Positions 1 to 8,007 of a stretch of DNA of 64,000 nt are shown here, piece by piece. Each line of letters opens with the position of its first letter. Position 1 is the stretch's first letter. Source of the DNA: Escherichia phage phiLLS; sequence record NC_047822.1. The stretch is one strand, 5' to 3'. The position numbers and the translations under genes are program-made. The notes under the pieces were generated by a model. It searched no databases, was not told the DNA's origin, and saw nothing but the letters and a program-made list of their open reading frames with translations.

Positions 1-30
1 GATTGCTGGCGAATTTAATTAAAAATTTAT

Positions 31-72
31 TTGCTAAATGCTTATAAATTCTGTATAATATATTCATAAATT
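31..72 (+). promoter_or_regulatory. T5-type early promoter (TTGCTA-17bp-TATAAT plus downstream ATAAATT element)
   Basis: -35 TTGCTA at 31-36, -10 TATAAT at 54-59, conserved CATAAATT downstream; same architecture recurs more than 14 times in the window. Confidence 0.6.
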
Positions 73-297
73 AGAGAACAGCGAGCCGATTACGCTGAAC
101 TTGTCTTAATGTAAGATGCGTCGAGCACTAAGATTCGTTGAATAGAGTCGGTGGGTTAGTTGTAAAACTAGTACACAGGGGGCGGCAATCCCGGTTAGTG
201 GCTAGAACGTGTAAAATGAGGCGTCTGAAACCTCTCCCCTAAACTCTTCTCTAATTTATAAATAGTGGGGTGTGGAAATCACTTATGTAGTAACACT

Positions 298-369
298 GCC
301 GTCCTAGTATAATTGGTATTATCAAGCCGTAACCGGTGGAAGATGTAGGTTCGAATCCTACGGTCGGTA
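298..369 (+). ncRNA. tRNA-like element (canonical T-arm, fold unresolved)
   Basis: GTAGG-TTCGAAT-CCTAC T-arm at 345-361; acceptor pairing only 6/7 and no clean anticodon arm found by hand. Confidence 0.3.
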
Positions 370-872
370 AGAACTGGATAACTGATGCTTTTAACGTAAA
401 AGCTTCCGAGGTTAGTTGCGCACTGCCTAAACCACGCGGTAGTTGGTTCCAGACTAACCAACCAGTCTGCTGAATAGTTTTATTACGATTTAACTATGTC
501 CAGGCTAAAGAAGAACTTTAGAAGGTATTCTAGGATAGTGAAGTTCTTTCTCCATATCGGAGTAGTTTTTCAAGCTATCCACAAAGTGGGAAATGCTGAC
601 ATGAGAGATGTCACTAATGGTGCACAATAGCACAGGTAATTCGCGATAACTCCTGTTGAGTAGCAGCAAAAGGCGGGAAGTCATGACCCCAAGCCTAACC
701 GAGTCCTCAATATACCGCAGGACATAACCACTAAGTCACCCTGACTTAAACTGGAAAATAATAGACGTTACTGTATTTTGTCTTGAAATACTTAATGAGT
801 GAGACTTATGACTCTCCCGGTATCGTCTGTATTTTTAAGAGTTTTTTACGAGAGTTCTTAAAAATACTTAAA

Positions 873-947
873 CGGGGTGTAGTCTAAGGGAGAGGCAGGA
901 GTCTTCTAAATTCCTTTATGCAGGTTCGAATCCTGTCACCTCGGCCA
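873..947 (+). tRNA. tRNA-Arg (anticodon TCT)
   Basis: Hand-folded cloverleaf: acceptor CGGGGTG/CACCTCG, T-arm GCAGG-TTCGAAT-CCTGT, anticodon loop CTTCTAA, encoded CCA. Confidence 0.55.
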
Positions 948-981
948 ATTTTATTAACTGTAACTAAAACAAAGGAAATAT

Positions 982-1929
982 ATGTTTGCTACTAAAAATA
1001 TGAAAGAACTGACTTCTGAGCAGAAAGTAATTCGTACTATTAAACGTTGGGGTATTGGTGCTGTAGTTGGTTTAGCAGGTTTAGTCCTAGCTTTTAATTC
1101 ATATACTATTGTTTCTGATGGTACGGTTAAAACCCAAACATTCCTGGGTAAAGTAGACCCTAATCCTGTATTACCTGGTTTTCATCTTGTAAACCCATTT
1201 GCATCTTTCGATACTTTTAGTACAAAAGACATTGCTGTAAAATTAGATAAACTTCAGGTTCCTAGTCAGGATAAGTTTAAATCCACTGTTGACCTGACTG
1301 TTATGTTGCAGTTTGATGGTTCTAAGGCACCAATTAACCGTATTAACGCAGGTACTCAGGACCAGGCGCTAGACAAGTATGTAACTGAAAAATTACTGTC
1401 TACTATTCGTGAGTTTGGTAAATCTGTACCTAAAGCACAAGATTTATTTGATGCTAAAATTCAGGCTCAATTGCAAACTGCAATTCAACAGGAAGTTGAA
1501 GAGTATGCACGCCCATATGGTTACACAGTTAAGCAGGTGTTTCTTCAGGATATTACTTTGCCACCAGTAATTATGGAGCAAGTACAAAATACAAAAGTTC
1601 GTGAAGAACAAGTTAATGCGGCTAAAGCTGAATTGGCTCGTGTTGAACAAGAAGCACAGCAGAAAGTCAAACAAGCTGAAGCAGATCGTGAAGCACGTAA
1701 CAACCAAGCTATCGCTAATGAACGTGACGCCGATGCTAAGCTGTATGCAGCTAAGAAAGAAGCTGAAGCTAACGCCGCATTGCAACGTACCATTACTCCT
1801 GAGATGATTCGTTGGAAGCAATTGGAAGTCGAAATGATTCGTGCTCAGAAATATCAAGGTGGTGTACCTCAGACTGTGGTAGGTACTGGCTACGATGGTC
1901 AAATGATCATGGATATGCGTAATAAATAA
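982..1929 (+). CDS. SPFH/band-7 (HflC/prohibitin-like) membrane protein
   Basis: 315 aa; N-terminal TM helix, SPFH-like core, Ala/Glu/Lys-rich coiled-coil C-terminus; RBS AAGGAAATA before ATG. Confidence 0.55.
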   Translation: MFATKNMKELTSEQKVIRTIKRWGIGAVVGLAGLVLAFNSYTIVSDGTVKTQTFLGKVDPNPVLPGFHLVNPFASFDTFSTKDIAVKLDKLQVPSQDKFKSTVDLTVMLQFDGSKAPINRINAGTQDQALDKYVTEKLLSTIREFGKSVPKAQDLFDAKIQAQLQTAIQQEVEEYARPYGYTVKQVFLQDITLPPVIMEQVQNTKVREEQVNAAKAELARVEQEAQQKVKQAEADREARNNQAIANERDADAKLYAAKKEAEANAALQRTITPEMIRWKQLEVEMIRAQKYQGGVPQTVVGTGYDGQMIMDMRNK

Positions 1930-1954
1930 TATCCGCACGTAACATCTGAAGTAA

Positions 1955-1989
1955 GCCCTGCGTTCCCTGGAGAGCGCAGGGCTTTTCTG
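1955..1989 (+). terminator. Rho-independent terminator
   Basis: GCCCTGCG...CGCAGGGC hairpin followed by TTTTCTG. Confidence 0.6.
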
Positions 1990-2006
1990 TACTTAAGATA
2001 AAAGAA

Positions 2007-2040
2007 AAGCCCCTAAGTCTTTCTACTAGGGGCTTTATTG
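2007..2040 (-). terminator. Rho-independent terminator for the minus-strand module
   Basis: GCCCCTA...TAGGGGC hairpin with T-run on the minus strand, downstream of 2050..3684. Confidence 0.45.
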
Positions 2041-2049
2041 TTTGGTTTC

Positions 2050-2244
2050 TTAGAACCATATACTCTTGTTACAGCAACCACCCATACGGGAGGCCAATCT
2101 TGACTGAAAATCTACTCTAGGGGGCAGGATAAGAGTAGGCTTAAAGGCAAAGGGATTGAACGCCGGTATTTGTGTAAACATTGCTGGAGAGCAACAACGT
2201 GCTACAGGCATTGGGCAGCACGAAACAGATTTTCTGCAACACAT
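2050..2244 (-). CDS. small Cys-rich protein (64 aa)
   Basis: Four CC dipeptides; strong RBS AAGGAGA 6 nt upstream; immediately follows stop of 2254..2670. Confidence 0.45.
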   Translation of the reverse strand: MCCRKSVSCCPMPVARCCSPAMFTQIPAFNPFAFKPTLILPPRVDFQSRLASRMGGCCNKSIWF

Positions 2245-2253
2245 AATTTCTCC

Positions 2254-2670
2254 TTAGGAGTTATTACCACCATTTTGAGCTTTTGCAACTTGGCTTTGGC
2301 AGAAGCTATTAAACTTACCCATAAGTGATACAAGCTGTTTCCCATCCTCTGTCTTTGCGAAGTCTTCGAAAAGGGCTAGTACTGCCTGTCCTTCCGCAGA
2401 AACCTGCGGTTGTTGGGTTTGTTGCTGAACTTGCTGCTGAGCCACCTGTTGCTGCATTTGTTGAGGCATTTGCGACTGCCCGCTCATTTGCTGCATCATT
2501 TGCATAGGACTCACACTTCCAGGGTTTTGCTGGAGTTGTTGCTGCATCTGTTGCGCTTCTGCTAAACGCTGTTGCAATTGTTGTAAGTAGGGGTTATCCA
2601 GACCCGGAATGGGCTGCTGGGAGCCCCTACTTTGATTAAGTCCGTTATTTACAAAACCATATTTACTCAT
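2254..2670 (-). CDS. Gln-rich low-complexity protein (138 aa)
   Basis: Long Q-rich tract; RBS GGAGG upstream; codirectional with 2692..3684. Confidence 0.5.
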   Translation of the reverse strand: MSKYGFVNNGLNQSRGSQQPIPGLDNPYLQQLQQRLAEAQQMQQQLQQNPGSVSPMQMMQQMSGQSQMPQQMQQQVAQQQVQQQTQQPQVSAEGQAVLALFEDFAKTEDGKQLVSLMGKFNSFCQSQVAKAQNGGNNS

Positions 2671-2691
2671 AATGGGCTCCTCCCCCTAATA

Positions 2692-3684
2692 TTAAGCCGG
2701 CAGTTTAGCCTGCAGACCAGCCAGAGTCTGAGTGATAGCACCAAGACTTACAGCGATTTGATTAATTACCTGACCGTTAGCACCGTTACCCGCAGCGATT
2801 GCTTCACGTAGGCGACATGCATCTAACTCATCCTGAATACGAGCAGTAGTTACACCAGCGATAGCAGTCTGAAGTTCACAGCAACATTCAGCGATCTGAC
2901 GTTCCAGAGAGTTCTGGTTAGCACACATCTGAGCCTGAACAGCGGCAAACTGGTTATTAGTTTGTAAAGTCTGCTGGAAAGCGATCTGTGCAGAATCAAA
3001 CTTATCTTGTGCACGAGCTATCTGATTAGCTGCGAAAGATTGATCAATCTGGCGAGAAAGATCGAACTGACCCTGAATAACGTTGCGAGTTTCCTGACAG
3101 ATCTGATTAGACAGATTAGCACCTGTACCATAGATCGTAGTTAGTACAGACTGAGTATCACGGCTCTGGTTTTGGGATGTCTGGCTAAACCCATTGTTAA
3201 CTGCGCTTAAAACAGCTCCAGTACCCTGGTTAGCTTCTGTACGAGTAGTGTTAATAGCTGCTAGAATACTAGCGGTATCTTGGTTCTGAAGTACTGCATC
3301 AACTGCGGTACCATCACCAACTACACCACGTCCACCGAATCCACCGAAACCACCGAATCCGCCTGTTAATAGAGCACCGATTAGGATAGCTCCGAATAGT
3401 CCCATACCTTCACCACCGAAAGCACCTGCGTTTGCTGGGTAACCACCCAGTAGGCCAGGGAAGCCACTAGTAAATACGTTTACTGGTTCTTGCATTTTAT
3501 GTTTTCCATATTTATGACAATGTTCATCGTCATCTTCTTCATCATCGTGTTCACGATGTTTTTCTTCGTAGGCTCTGACCTTCTCCCACTTTTTCTTATC
3601 TGATTCCTCGTGACGGTGCAGTTCTGCTGCAACGCTAGCGACGGTCTCAGGACTCTTAGCTACTTCTTCTGTCATTTTTGACAC
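2692..3684 (-). CDS. hypothetical protein with acidic His-rich N-terminus, Gly-rich hydrophobic segment and Q/N-rich C-terminus (330 aa)
   Basis: Strong RBS AGGAGGTG; uninterrupted 993-nt ORF; own sigma70-like promoter upstream. Confidence 0.55.
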   Translation of the reverse strand: MSKMTEEVAKSPETVASVAAELHRHEESDKKKWEKVRAYEEKHREHDDEEDDDEHCHKYGKHKMQEPVNVFTSGFPGLLGGYPANAGAFGGEGMGLFGAILIGALLTGGFGGFGGFGGRGVVGDGTAVDAVLQNQDTASILAAINTTRTEANQGTGAVLSAVNNGFSQTSQNQSRDTQSVLTTIYGTGANLSNQICQETRNVIQGQFDLSRQIDQSFAANQIARAQDKFDSAQIAFQQTLQTNNQFAAVQAQMCANQNSLERQIAECCCELQTAIAGVTTARIQDELDACRLREAIAAGNGANGQVINQIAVSLGAITQTLAGLQAKLPA

Positions 3685-3736
3685 CTCCTAGTATATAGAA
3701 AATGTGTGTCTCTTTGATCACTCATCCATAACATAT

Positions 3737-3765
3737 ACTTTACACTACCCCAGCGAAAATGTCAA
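3737..3765 (-). promoter_or_regulatory. sigma70-like promoter TTGACA-17-TAAAGT for the minus-strand module
   Basis: RC of 3760-3765 is TTGACA, RC of 3737-3742 is TAAAGT, spacer 17 bp. Confidence 0.45.
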
Positions 3766-3882
3766 GGGGTCTTTAAAAATTGCCCCTGAATTTTTAGTGG
3801 GGTCACAAATTTTGGTCCTCACCACTTATCTGCTATCCTTAAGTGCCCTATGATTTTCCTCTAAAAAGTTAAAAAAATTTGA

Positions 3883-3925
3883 TTGCTTGAATGCTAAATT
3901 CTCTGTATAATATATCTATAAATTT
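3883..3925 (+). promoter_or_regulatory. T5-type early promoter
   Basis: TTGCTT at 3883-3888, TATAAT at 3906-3911, downstream ATAAATTTGAAAGAGG. Confidence 0.55.
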
Positions 3926-3941
3926 GAAAGAGGAACCAAAT

Positions 3942-4460
3942 ATGAATGTTGATGAGCTAACACAGCACCTCTTATCTAGAGGATTTGATACAGATAAATA
4001 TCATTGCTGGTTAAGTCCGGAAGGATGGCTAACAGTCCCGTTGTATGACTTCTCTGGGATGTTGAGGGGCTATCAAACTTATAATCCTTCTGCTCCAAAA
4101 GGTCATGGTAAGTGCCCCTTTGAAGCTAAATACTTTACTTATTCTACTACCCAGTGTGTATGGGGACTAGAAACTCTCAATGGAGATGAAAAAGTAGTAT
4201 TGATTGCTGAATCTGTATTTAAGGCAGTTGCGTTACATAATGCTGGTTATCCAGCCCTAGCAATGTTGGGTTCTTCTCCAGGAAAAGCGTTATTAAAGCA
4301 ACTGAAATTACTACCTTTTAAATTGGTAGCTGTCGGAGATAATGATCCTGCGGGTGAAAAATTTGCTAGAAAATTAAACGGCTTTGTTTCTCCCGTAGAT
4401 GTGGATGAGATGTCTACCGAAAACTTGAAAAATTTTCTTGCTATGAAGCTAAATTTCTAA
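3942..4460 (+). CDS. hypothetical protein, possible Toprim-like fold
   Basis: Start moved to the ATG after the promoter and RBS; VLIAES and VGDNDPAGEK motifs resemble Toprim Glu and DxD. Confidence 0.45.
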   Translation: MNVDELTQHLLSRGFDTDKYHCWLSPEGWLTVPLYDFSGMLRGYQTYNPSAPKGHGKCPFEAKYFTYSTTQCVWGLETLNGDEKVVLIAESVFKAVALHNAGYPALAMLGSSPGKALLKQLKLLPFKLVAVGDNDPAGEKFARKLNGFVSPVDVDEMSTENLKNFLAMKLNF

Positions 4461-4480
4461 TATAATATATCTTATAAATT
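4438..4480 (+). promoter_or_regulatory. T5-type early promoter driving a tRNA pair
   Basis: TTGCTA 4438-4443, TATAAT 4461-4466, spacer 17; tRNA begins at 4482. Confidence 0.55.
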
Positions 4481-4481
4481 C

Positions 4482-4570
4482 GGAAGAATAGCATAACGGT
4501 ATTGCAGCAGATTGCTAATCTGTCGGTTTGAAATATAGCCTTGTGGGTTCGATTCCCGCTTCTTCCGCCA
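4482..4570 (+). tRNA. tRNA-Ser (anticodon GCT), long variable arm
   Basis: Acceptor GGAAGAA/TTCTTCC, T-arm GTGGG-TTCGATT-CCCGC, anticodon loop TTGCTAA, 89 nt, CCA encoded. Confidence 0.6.
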
Positions 4571-4577
4571 AATTCTG

Positions 4578-4654
4578 GTTCTCAAGCTCATATGGTATGA
4601 GCACCCGGCTCATAACCGGAAGGTACGTAGGTTCGAATCCTCGGGGAGCCACCA
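4578..4654 (+). tRNA. tRNA with anticodon CAT (Met, fMet or Ile-lysidine)
   Basis: Acceptor GGTTCTC/GGGAGCC, T-loop TTCGAAT, anticodon loop CTCATAA. Confidence 0.55.
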
Positions 4655-4673
4655 AATTAAATAGAGGTCACAA

Positions 4674-4862
4674 ATGGATCTATATATAGTTTATGTTGTG
4701 TTTATCCAAGATAGAGAATACCCGGATGAATATAAAAAAGGGTATAGGTTGGCCAGAGCTACCTCTGAAGCCCAAGCTATGGATAAAGTGGCAGATTATA
4801 TGATTACGGTAGAAAACATACACTATATCGACTACCTTGAAGCCTCAAAAGTAATTGACTAA
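4674..4862 (+). CDS. hypothetical protein (62 aa)
   Basis: ORF with RBS-like AGAGG upstream. Confidence 0.4.
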   Translation: MDLYIVYVVFIQDREYPDEYKKGYRLARATSEAQAMDKVADYMITVENIHYIDYLEASKVID

Positions 4863-4869
4863 ACTACAC

Positions 4870-4946
4870 GGGGGTGTAATCGAATTGGCATAGGTACTGG
4901 ACTTAAAATTCAGGTTTTGTGGGTTCGAATCCCACCACCCCTACCA
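4870..4946 (+). tRNA. tRNA with anticodon TAA (Leu codon reader) in a 77-nt short-variable-arm scaffold
   Basis: Acceptor GGGGGTG/CACCCCT, T-arm GTGGG-TTCGAAT-CCCAC, anticodon stem CTGGA/TTCAG, loop CTTAAAA. Confidence 0.5.
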
Positions 4947-4961
4947 AACTAAGGAAATAAG

Positions 4962-5129
4962 ATGTATAGACATCCACCTCCGCCAACACGTCGTTCTAGA
5001 GAAGTTATCCTCATGGAATTGACTAAAAACTTCAAGGCAACTCTTGAAGATAGAGATCTAGGTACAGATGAAGACGTTGATTTCATTTGTAAACTATTAA
5101 AAATGAAGCTGGAGAAACATCATGGCTAA
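4962..5129 (+). CDS. hypothetical protein (55 aa)
   Basis: RBS AAGGAAATAAG; stop overlaps start of next ORF. Confidence 0.4.
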   Translation: MYRHPPPPTRRSREVILMELTKNFKATLEDRDLGTDEDVDFICKLLKMKLEKHHG

Positions 5130-5328
5130 CCGTGAAATTACTATGCAACGAATCATGACTAAAGGCATGATAGCCGAGGCAGGTATTGAACAAGAAGTAA
5201 AAGGCTATTACGAACAGATTAAGACTATTATAGACTCTGCTAAAAACACCGGAGAAAAAGAGCATGGTGCGGCAATTATGGCTATAACTCTTATTAGTCT
5301 AGACTTGGCCGAAGAATCTGGAGTTTAG
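5122..5328 (+). CDS. hypothetical protein (68 aa)
   Basis: ATG overlaps upstream stop, suggesting translational coupling. Confidence 0.45.
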   Translation: MANREITMQRIMTKGMIAEAGIEQEVKGYYEQIKTIIDSAKNTGEKEHGAAIMAITLISLDLAEESGV

Positions 5329-5358
5329 CTCCTCCAAACAGAATTTTTAAAAATGTAC

Positions 5359-5402
5359 TTGCCTTTTGCTTTAAATTTCTGATATAATAGTTATATAAAT
5401 TG
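5359..5402 (+). promoter_or_regulatory. T5-type early promoter
   Basis: TATAAT 5383-5388 with -35-like TTGCCT and downstream ATAAATTGATGGAGG. Confidence 0.5.
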
Positions 5403-5418
5403 ATGGAGGAGTTAACGA

Positions 5419-5694
5419 ATGCAAAATCGTGTTGTAGCAACTGGTATTGAAAGTGCAATCTGTAAATCCTGGGAAGGCTGGGAAGGTGAGATTGAATGGC
5501 TTTATTTCTATGATGTAGAACTTCTACCGGAAGTTAAAGCTAAATGTATTGAAGCTGGCATGGCTCCAGATGCAAAAGCTGATATTGATATTTTAATGTC
5601 TGAACTTAAAGGTCGTGTAGTTACCGTTAGTAATGAGGGCGAAGAAGTTTTCGAACTTCCGTTCTCCTTAACTGTCACTCCTAAGTTCGACTAA
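5419..5694 (+). CDS. hypothetical protein (91 aa)
   Basis: RBS GGAGGAG 8 nt upstream of ATG. Confidence 0.5.
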   Translation: MQNRVVATGIESAICKSWEGWEGEIEWLYFYDVELLPEVKAKCIEAGMAPDAKADIDILMSELKGRVVTVSNEGEEVFELPFSLTVTPKFD

Positions 5695-5724
5695 CTAATA
5701 CAGCACTGAGCAAGTTCTTTAAAA

Positions 5725-5775
5725 TTTGACTTGCTCAGTGCTATAAAACTTGATATAATAGTTATCTAATTTGGA
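5725..5775 (+). promoter_or_regulatory. T5-type early promoter driving a tRNA cluster
   Basis: TTGACT/TTGCTC then TATAAT 5754-5759; tRNAs follow. Confidence 0.45.
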
Positions 5776-5893
5776 AAGTTCTTTTTAAGGTAGTTCCTAC
5801 TTTAGTAGAGTAAATTTTTGGCAGATGGCCCCCACCATTTTACCGATAACTCCTAGTCAGTGCGGCAACACTGGCTACCTTAAAGAGAATTTT

Positions 5894-5981
5894 GGGCGTT
5901 TATTCCGTAAGTGGTAGCGGAGGGGATTGTAAATCCCTGGTCATTGCGACTCGAGTGGTTCGACTCCATTAACGCCCACCA
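5894..5981 (+). tRNA. tRNA-Tyr (anticodon GTA), long variable arm
   Basis: Acceptor GGGCGTT/AACGCCC, T-loop TTCGACT, anticodon loop TTGTAAA, 88 nt. Confidence 0.55.
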
Positions 5982-5988
5982 ATTTAAT

Positions 5989-6063
5989 GCACCTATCGTC
6001 TAGCGGTTAGGACACCACTCTTTCACAGTGGGAACACGAGTTCGACCCTCGTTGGGTGTGCCA
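5989..6063 (+). tRNA. tRNA-Glu (anticodon TTC)
   Basis: Acceptor GCACCTA/TGGGTGT, T-arm ACGAG-TTCGACC-CTCGT, anticodon loop CTTTCAC. Confidence 0.55.
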
Positions 6064-6072
6064 ATTAATAAT

Positions 6073-6143
6073 TGGGGTACGCATAGGTTGCAAATGGGCC
6101 TCCAAAACCCATGAAAAGGTTTCGAATACCTTTACCCCTGCCA
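6073..6143 (+). tRNA. tRNA-Trp (anticodon CCA)
   Basis: T-arm AAGGT-TTCGAAT-ACCTT, anticodon loop CTCCAAA; first acceptor pair mismatched. Confidence 0.45.
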
Positions 6144-6149
6144 AAATTT

Positions 6150-6224
6150 GCACCTTTAGCTGAGATGGATTAGCGCTTGCCTGAAGAGCTTGAGAGGTTC
6201 GTTCGATTCGAACAGGGTGCACCA
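6150..6224 (+). tRNA. tRNA-Phe (anticodon GAA)
   Basis: Acceptor GCACCTT/AGGGTGC, D-stem GCTG/TAGC, anticodon loop CTGAAGA (weak stem), T-arm GTTCG-TTCGATT-CGAAC. Confidence 0.5.
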
Positions 6225-6241
6225 ATTTGAAGGAGCTGCTG

Positions 6242-6514
6242 ATGCATACTGAAAACTTCTTTATTTACTGCGCGGATAAGTCGCTGAAACGTAGAATTAA
6301 CAAAGTCTATCATTATCGTGTTAGTCAACAGCCTTATGTATATGCTTTTGACGGTGATCACATTCCACTAGAACAATTATCTTGTGATTACATGATATTG
6401 AAGAACTTTGACGAGACAAAGATCTCAAGCGTTCATAATCGACAGAATCCATTAACGTGGAAATATAAGAAGAAAAAGAAAGGCATCAAATTCTTAAAAA
6501 ATGTAGTTGCTTAG
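6242..6514 (+). CDS. hypothetical protein (about 90 aa)
   Basis: Start set at ATG after RBS AAGGAG; follows tRNA-Phe directly. Confidence 0.4.
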   Translation: MHTENFFIYCADKSLKRRINKVYHYRVSQQPYVYAFDGDHIPLEQLSCDYMILKNFDETKISSVHNRQNPLTWKYKKKKKGIKFLKNVVA

Positions 6515-6550
6515 TTTCCAAAAGTTCTGTATAATAATTACATAAATTGA
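6507..6550 (+). promoter_or_regulatory. T5-type early promoter
   Basis: TTGCTT 6507-6512, TATAAT 6530-6535, spacer 17. Confidence 0.55.
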
Positions 6551-6583
6551 ACTGGAGAAGCAACATGACAGAATAAGATAAAC

Positions 6584-6659
6584 CGACCGTTGGCTGAATG
6601 GCTTAGGCGAAGGATTGCAAATCCTTTTTATGTGAGTTCAAATCTCATGCGGTCGTCCA
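6584..6659 (+). tRNA. tRNA-Cys (anticodon GCA)
   Basis: Acceptor CGACCGT/GCGGTCG, T-arm GTGAG-TTCAAAT-CTCAT, anticodon loop TTGCAAA. Confidence 0.55.
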
Positions 6660-6680
6660 AATTACTAAAGGAAAGAAGTA

Positions 6681-7199
6681 GTGCATACAAAAGTTTTTGA
6701 TAGTTTGGTAAAGAAAGGCATTGTTACTAATAAGCCTTTCTGTATAACCGCAGAACTAATCCAAAGATTTATGGAAGAATATATAAATCTTTCAGGAACT
6801 AATGGTAATACCAAAAAGAATACAAATACTATGTATTCGAGAAAACTTGCCGCACTTTCCTTTATAAAGTTTAAGCAGGAAAATAAACTTCCTATTTCTG
6901 AAGGTTTTGTATACTGTATTAGTAATCCTGCATGGAAAAATCAGTATAAAATAGGTATGAGTCAAAATCCAAAAGAGAGATTAGCTCAATATCAGACCTA
7001 TTCCCCCTATAGGGATTATAAATTAGAGCATTGGTCGTTTTGGTTTGACAAACGAAAAGGTGAAAAACTAATTCACCAGTATTTCAAAGATTTAAAAGAA
7101 CATGAGTGGTTTAGTATAAATTCTAGGGATCTTAGTAAATATCTAGAACGTATTAACTCTAGTTCTGACTTATATGGTTCCTTAGCTCTAATTGGTTAG
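6681..7199 (+). CDS. GIY-YIG-like (T5orf172-type) endonuclease domain protein
   Basis: GTG start with RBS AAAGGAAAG; VYCISNP...YKIGMS motif; 3' end overlaps tRNA-Asn by about 24 nt. Confidence 0.5.
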   Translation: MHTKVFDSLVKKGIVTNKPFCITAELIQRFMEEYINLSGTNGNTKKNTNTMYSRKLAALSFIKFKQENKLPISEGFVYCISNPAWKNQYKIGMSQNPKERLAQYQTYSPYRDYKLEHWSFWFDKRKGEKLIHQYFKDLKEHEWFSINSRDLSKYLERINSSSDLYGSLALIG

Positions 7200-7253
7200 A
7201 GCGGCATCTTGTTAAGTTGAGGGTTGCTGGTTCGAATCCAGCAGGAACCGCCA
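7176..7253 (+). tRNA. tRNA-Asn (anticodon GTT)
   Basis: Acceptor GGTTCCT/AGGAACC, D-stem GCTC/GAGC, anticodon loop TTGTTAA (weak stem), T-arm GCTGG-TTCGAAT-CCAGC. Confidence 0.5.
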
Positions 7254-7355
7254 AATTCTGTGTAGAGTTAAGTAAACCGGTAGCCAACCAGCTATCATTG
7301 CTGACATCGAATTCAGCCACAGATACCATTTTCATTAATAACTGAGGAAATAAGC

Positions 7356-7541
7356 ATGTCCAAGAATGTAATTGCGCAGCTAGAAGTTCATCGTGATAGC
7401 ACTATCAACAATATTGAAGTTGAAAAGAAATACATCGAAGAACTTAAACACGATATACTAATAAGTCTCAATCGTCTTAATGTACGAAAAGAGTTTCTTA
7501 AAGAACTTAATGCAGCTATTGAAAAACTCAAAGCTGAGTAA
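7356..7541 (+). CDS. hypothetical protein (61 aa)
   Basis: RBS GAGGAAATAAG upstream of ATG. Confidence 0.4.
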   Translation: MSKNVIAQLEVHRDSTINNIEVEKKYIEELKHDILISLNRLNVRKEFLKELNAAIEKLKAE

Positions 7542-7550
7542 ATGAATTAT

Positions 7551-7627
7551 GCGACCGGGGCTGGCTTGGTAATGGTACTCCCCTGTCACGGGAGGGAATG
7601 TGGGTTCAAATCCCATCGGTCGCGCCA
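7551..7627 (+). tRNA. tRNA-Asp (anticodon GTC)
   Basis: Acceptor GCGACCG/CGGTCGC, anticodon stem CTCCC/GGGAG with loop CTGTCAC, T-loop TTCAAAT. Confidence 0.6.
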
Positions 7628-7652
7628 AATTAATTTAGTATGAGAATATACT

Positions 7653-8000
7653 ATGCGTAATGCCAAAGAAGAGCTGTTACTTGCCTTAAAAAATACTAAT
7701 TCTGAAGTTAAATGTATTAAAATAGAATTCGGGTATTATGGGGATAAAAAAGTTTGGGTATTGCCTTTAGGTTACACAGAAGAAGATATTGAGGATTTTC
7801 TTAATAACCTAGACTTTAAATATGACTCTGGGTACGGTGGACAATTACTTTATGGTAATGTATGGTTTGCCGATGGAACTTGGCTAGAACGTGGAGAATA
7901 TGATGGTGCTGAGTGGTGGGAATACAAAGCCACACCAGCAATTCCAGAGGAATGCCGAACAATTAATGGTGAAGTAGATAATACTTTACGGTTAAACTAA
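7653..8000 (+). CDS. hypothetical protein (115 aa)
   Basis: ORF between tRNAs; compositional fit to neighbours. Confidence 0.45.
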   Translation: MRNAKEELLLALKNTNSEVKCIKIEFGYYGDKKVWVLPLGYTEEDIEDFLNNLDFKYDSGYGGQLLYGNVWFADGTWLERGEYDGAEWWEYKATPAIPEECRTINGEVDNTLRLN

Positions 8001-8007
8001 TAAAATT

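Noticed and set aside
279-461. Minus-strand ORFs from the six-frame track lying antisense to tRNAs or RNA elements (279..461, 6007..6225, 6170..6361, 7992..8210, 8653..8919, 10766..10990, 11493..11735)
   Set aside because: They overlap hand-folded tRNAs or structured RNA on the opposite strand, lack RBSs and have odd composition; ORF-finder artefacts.
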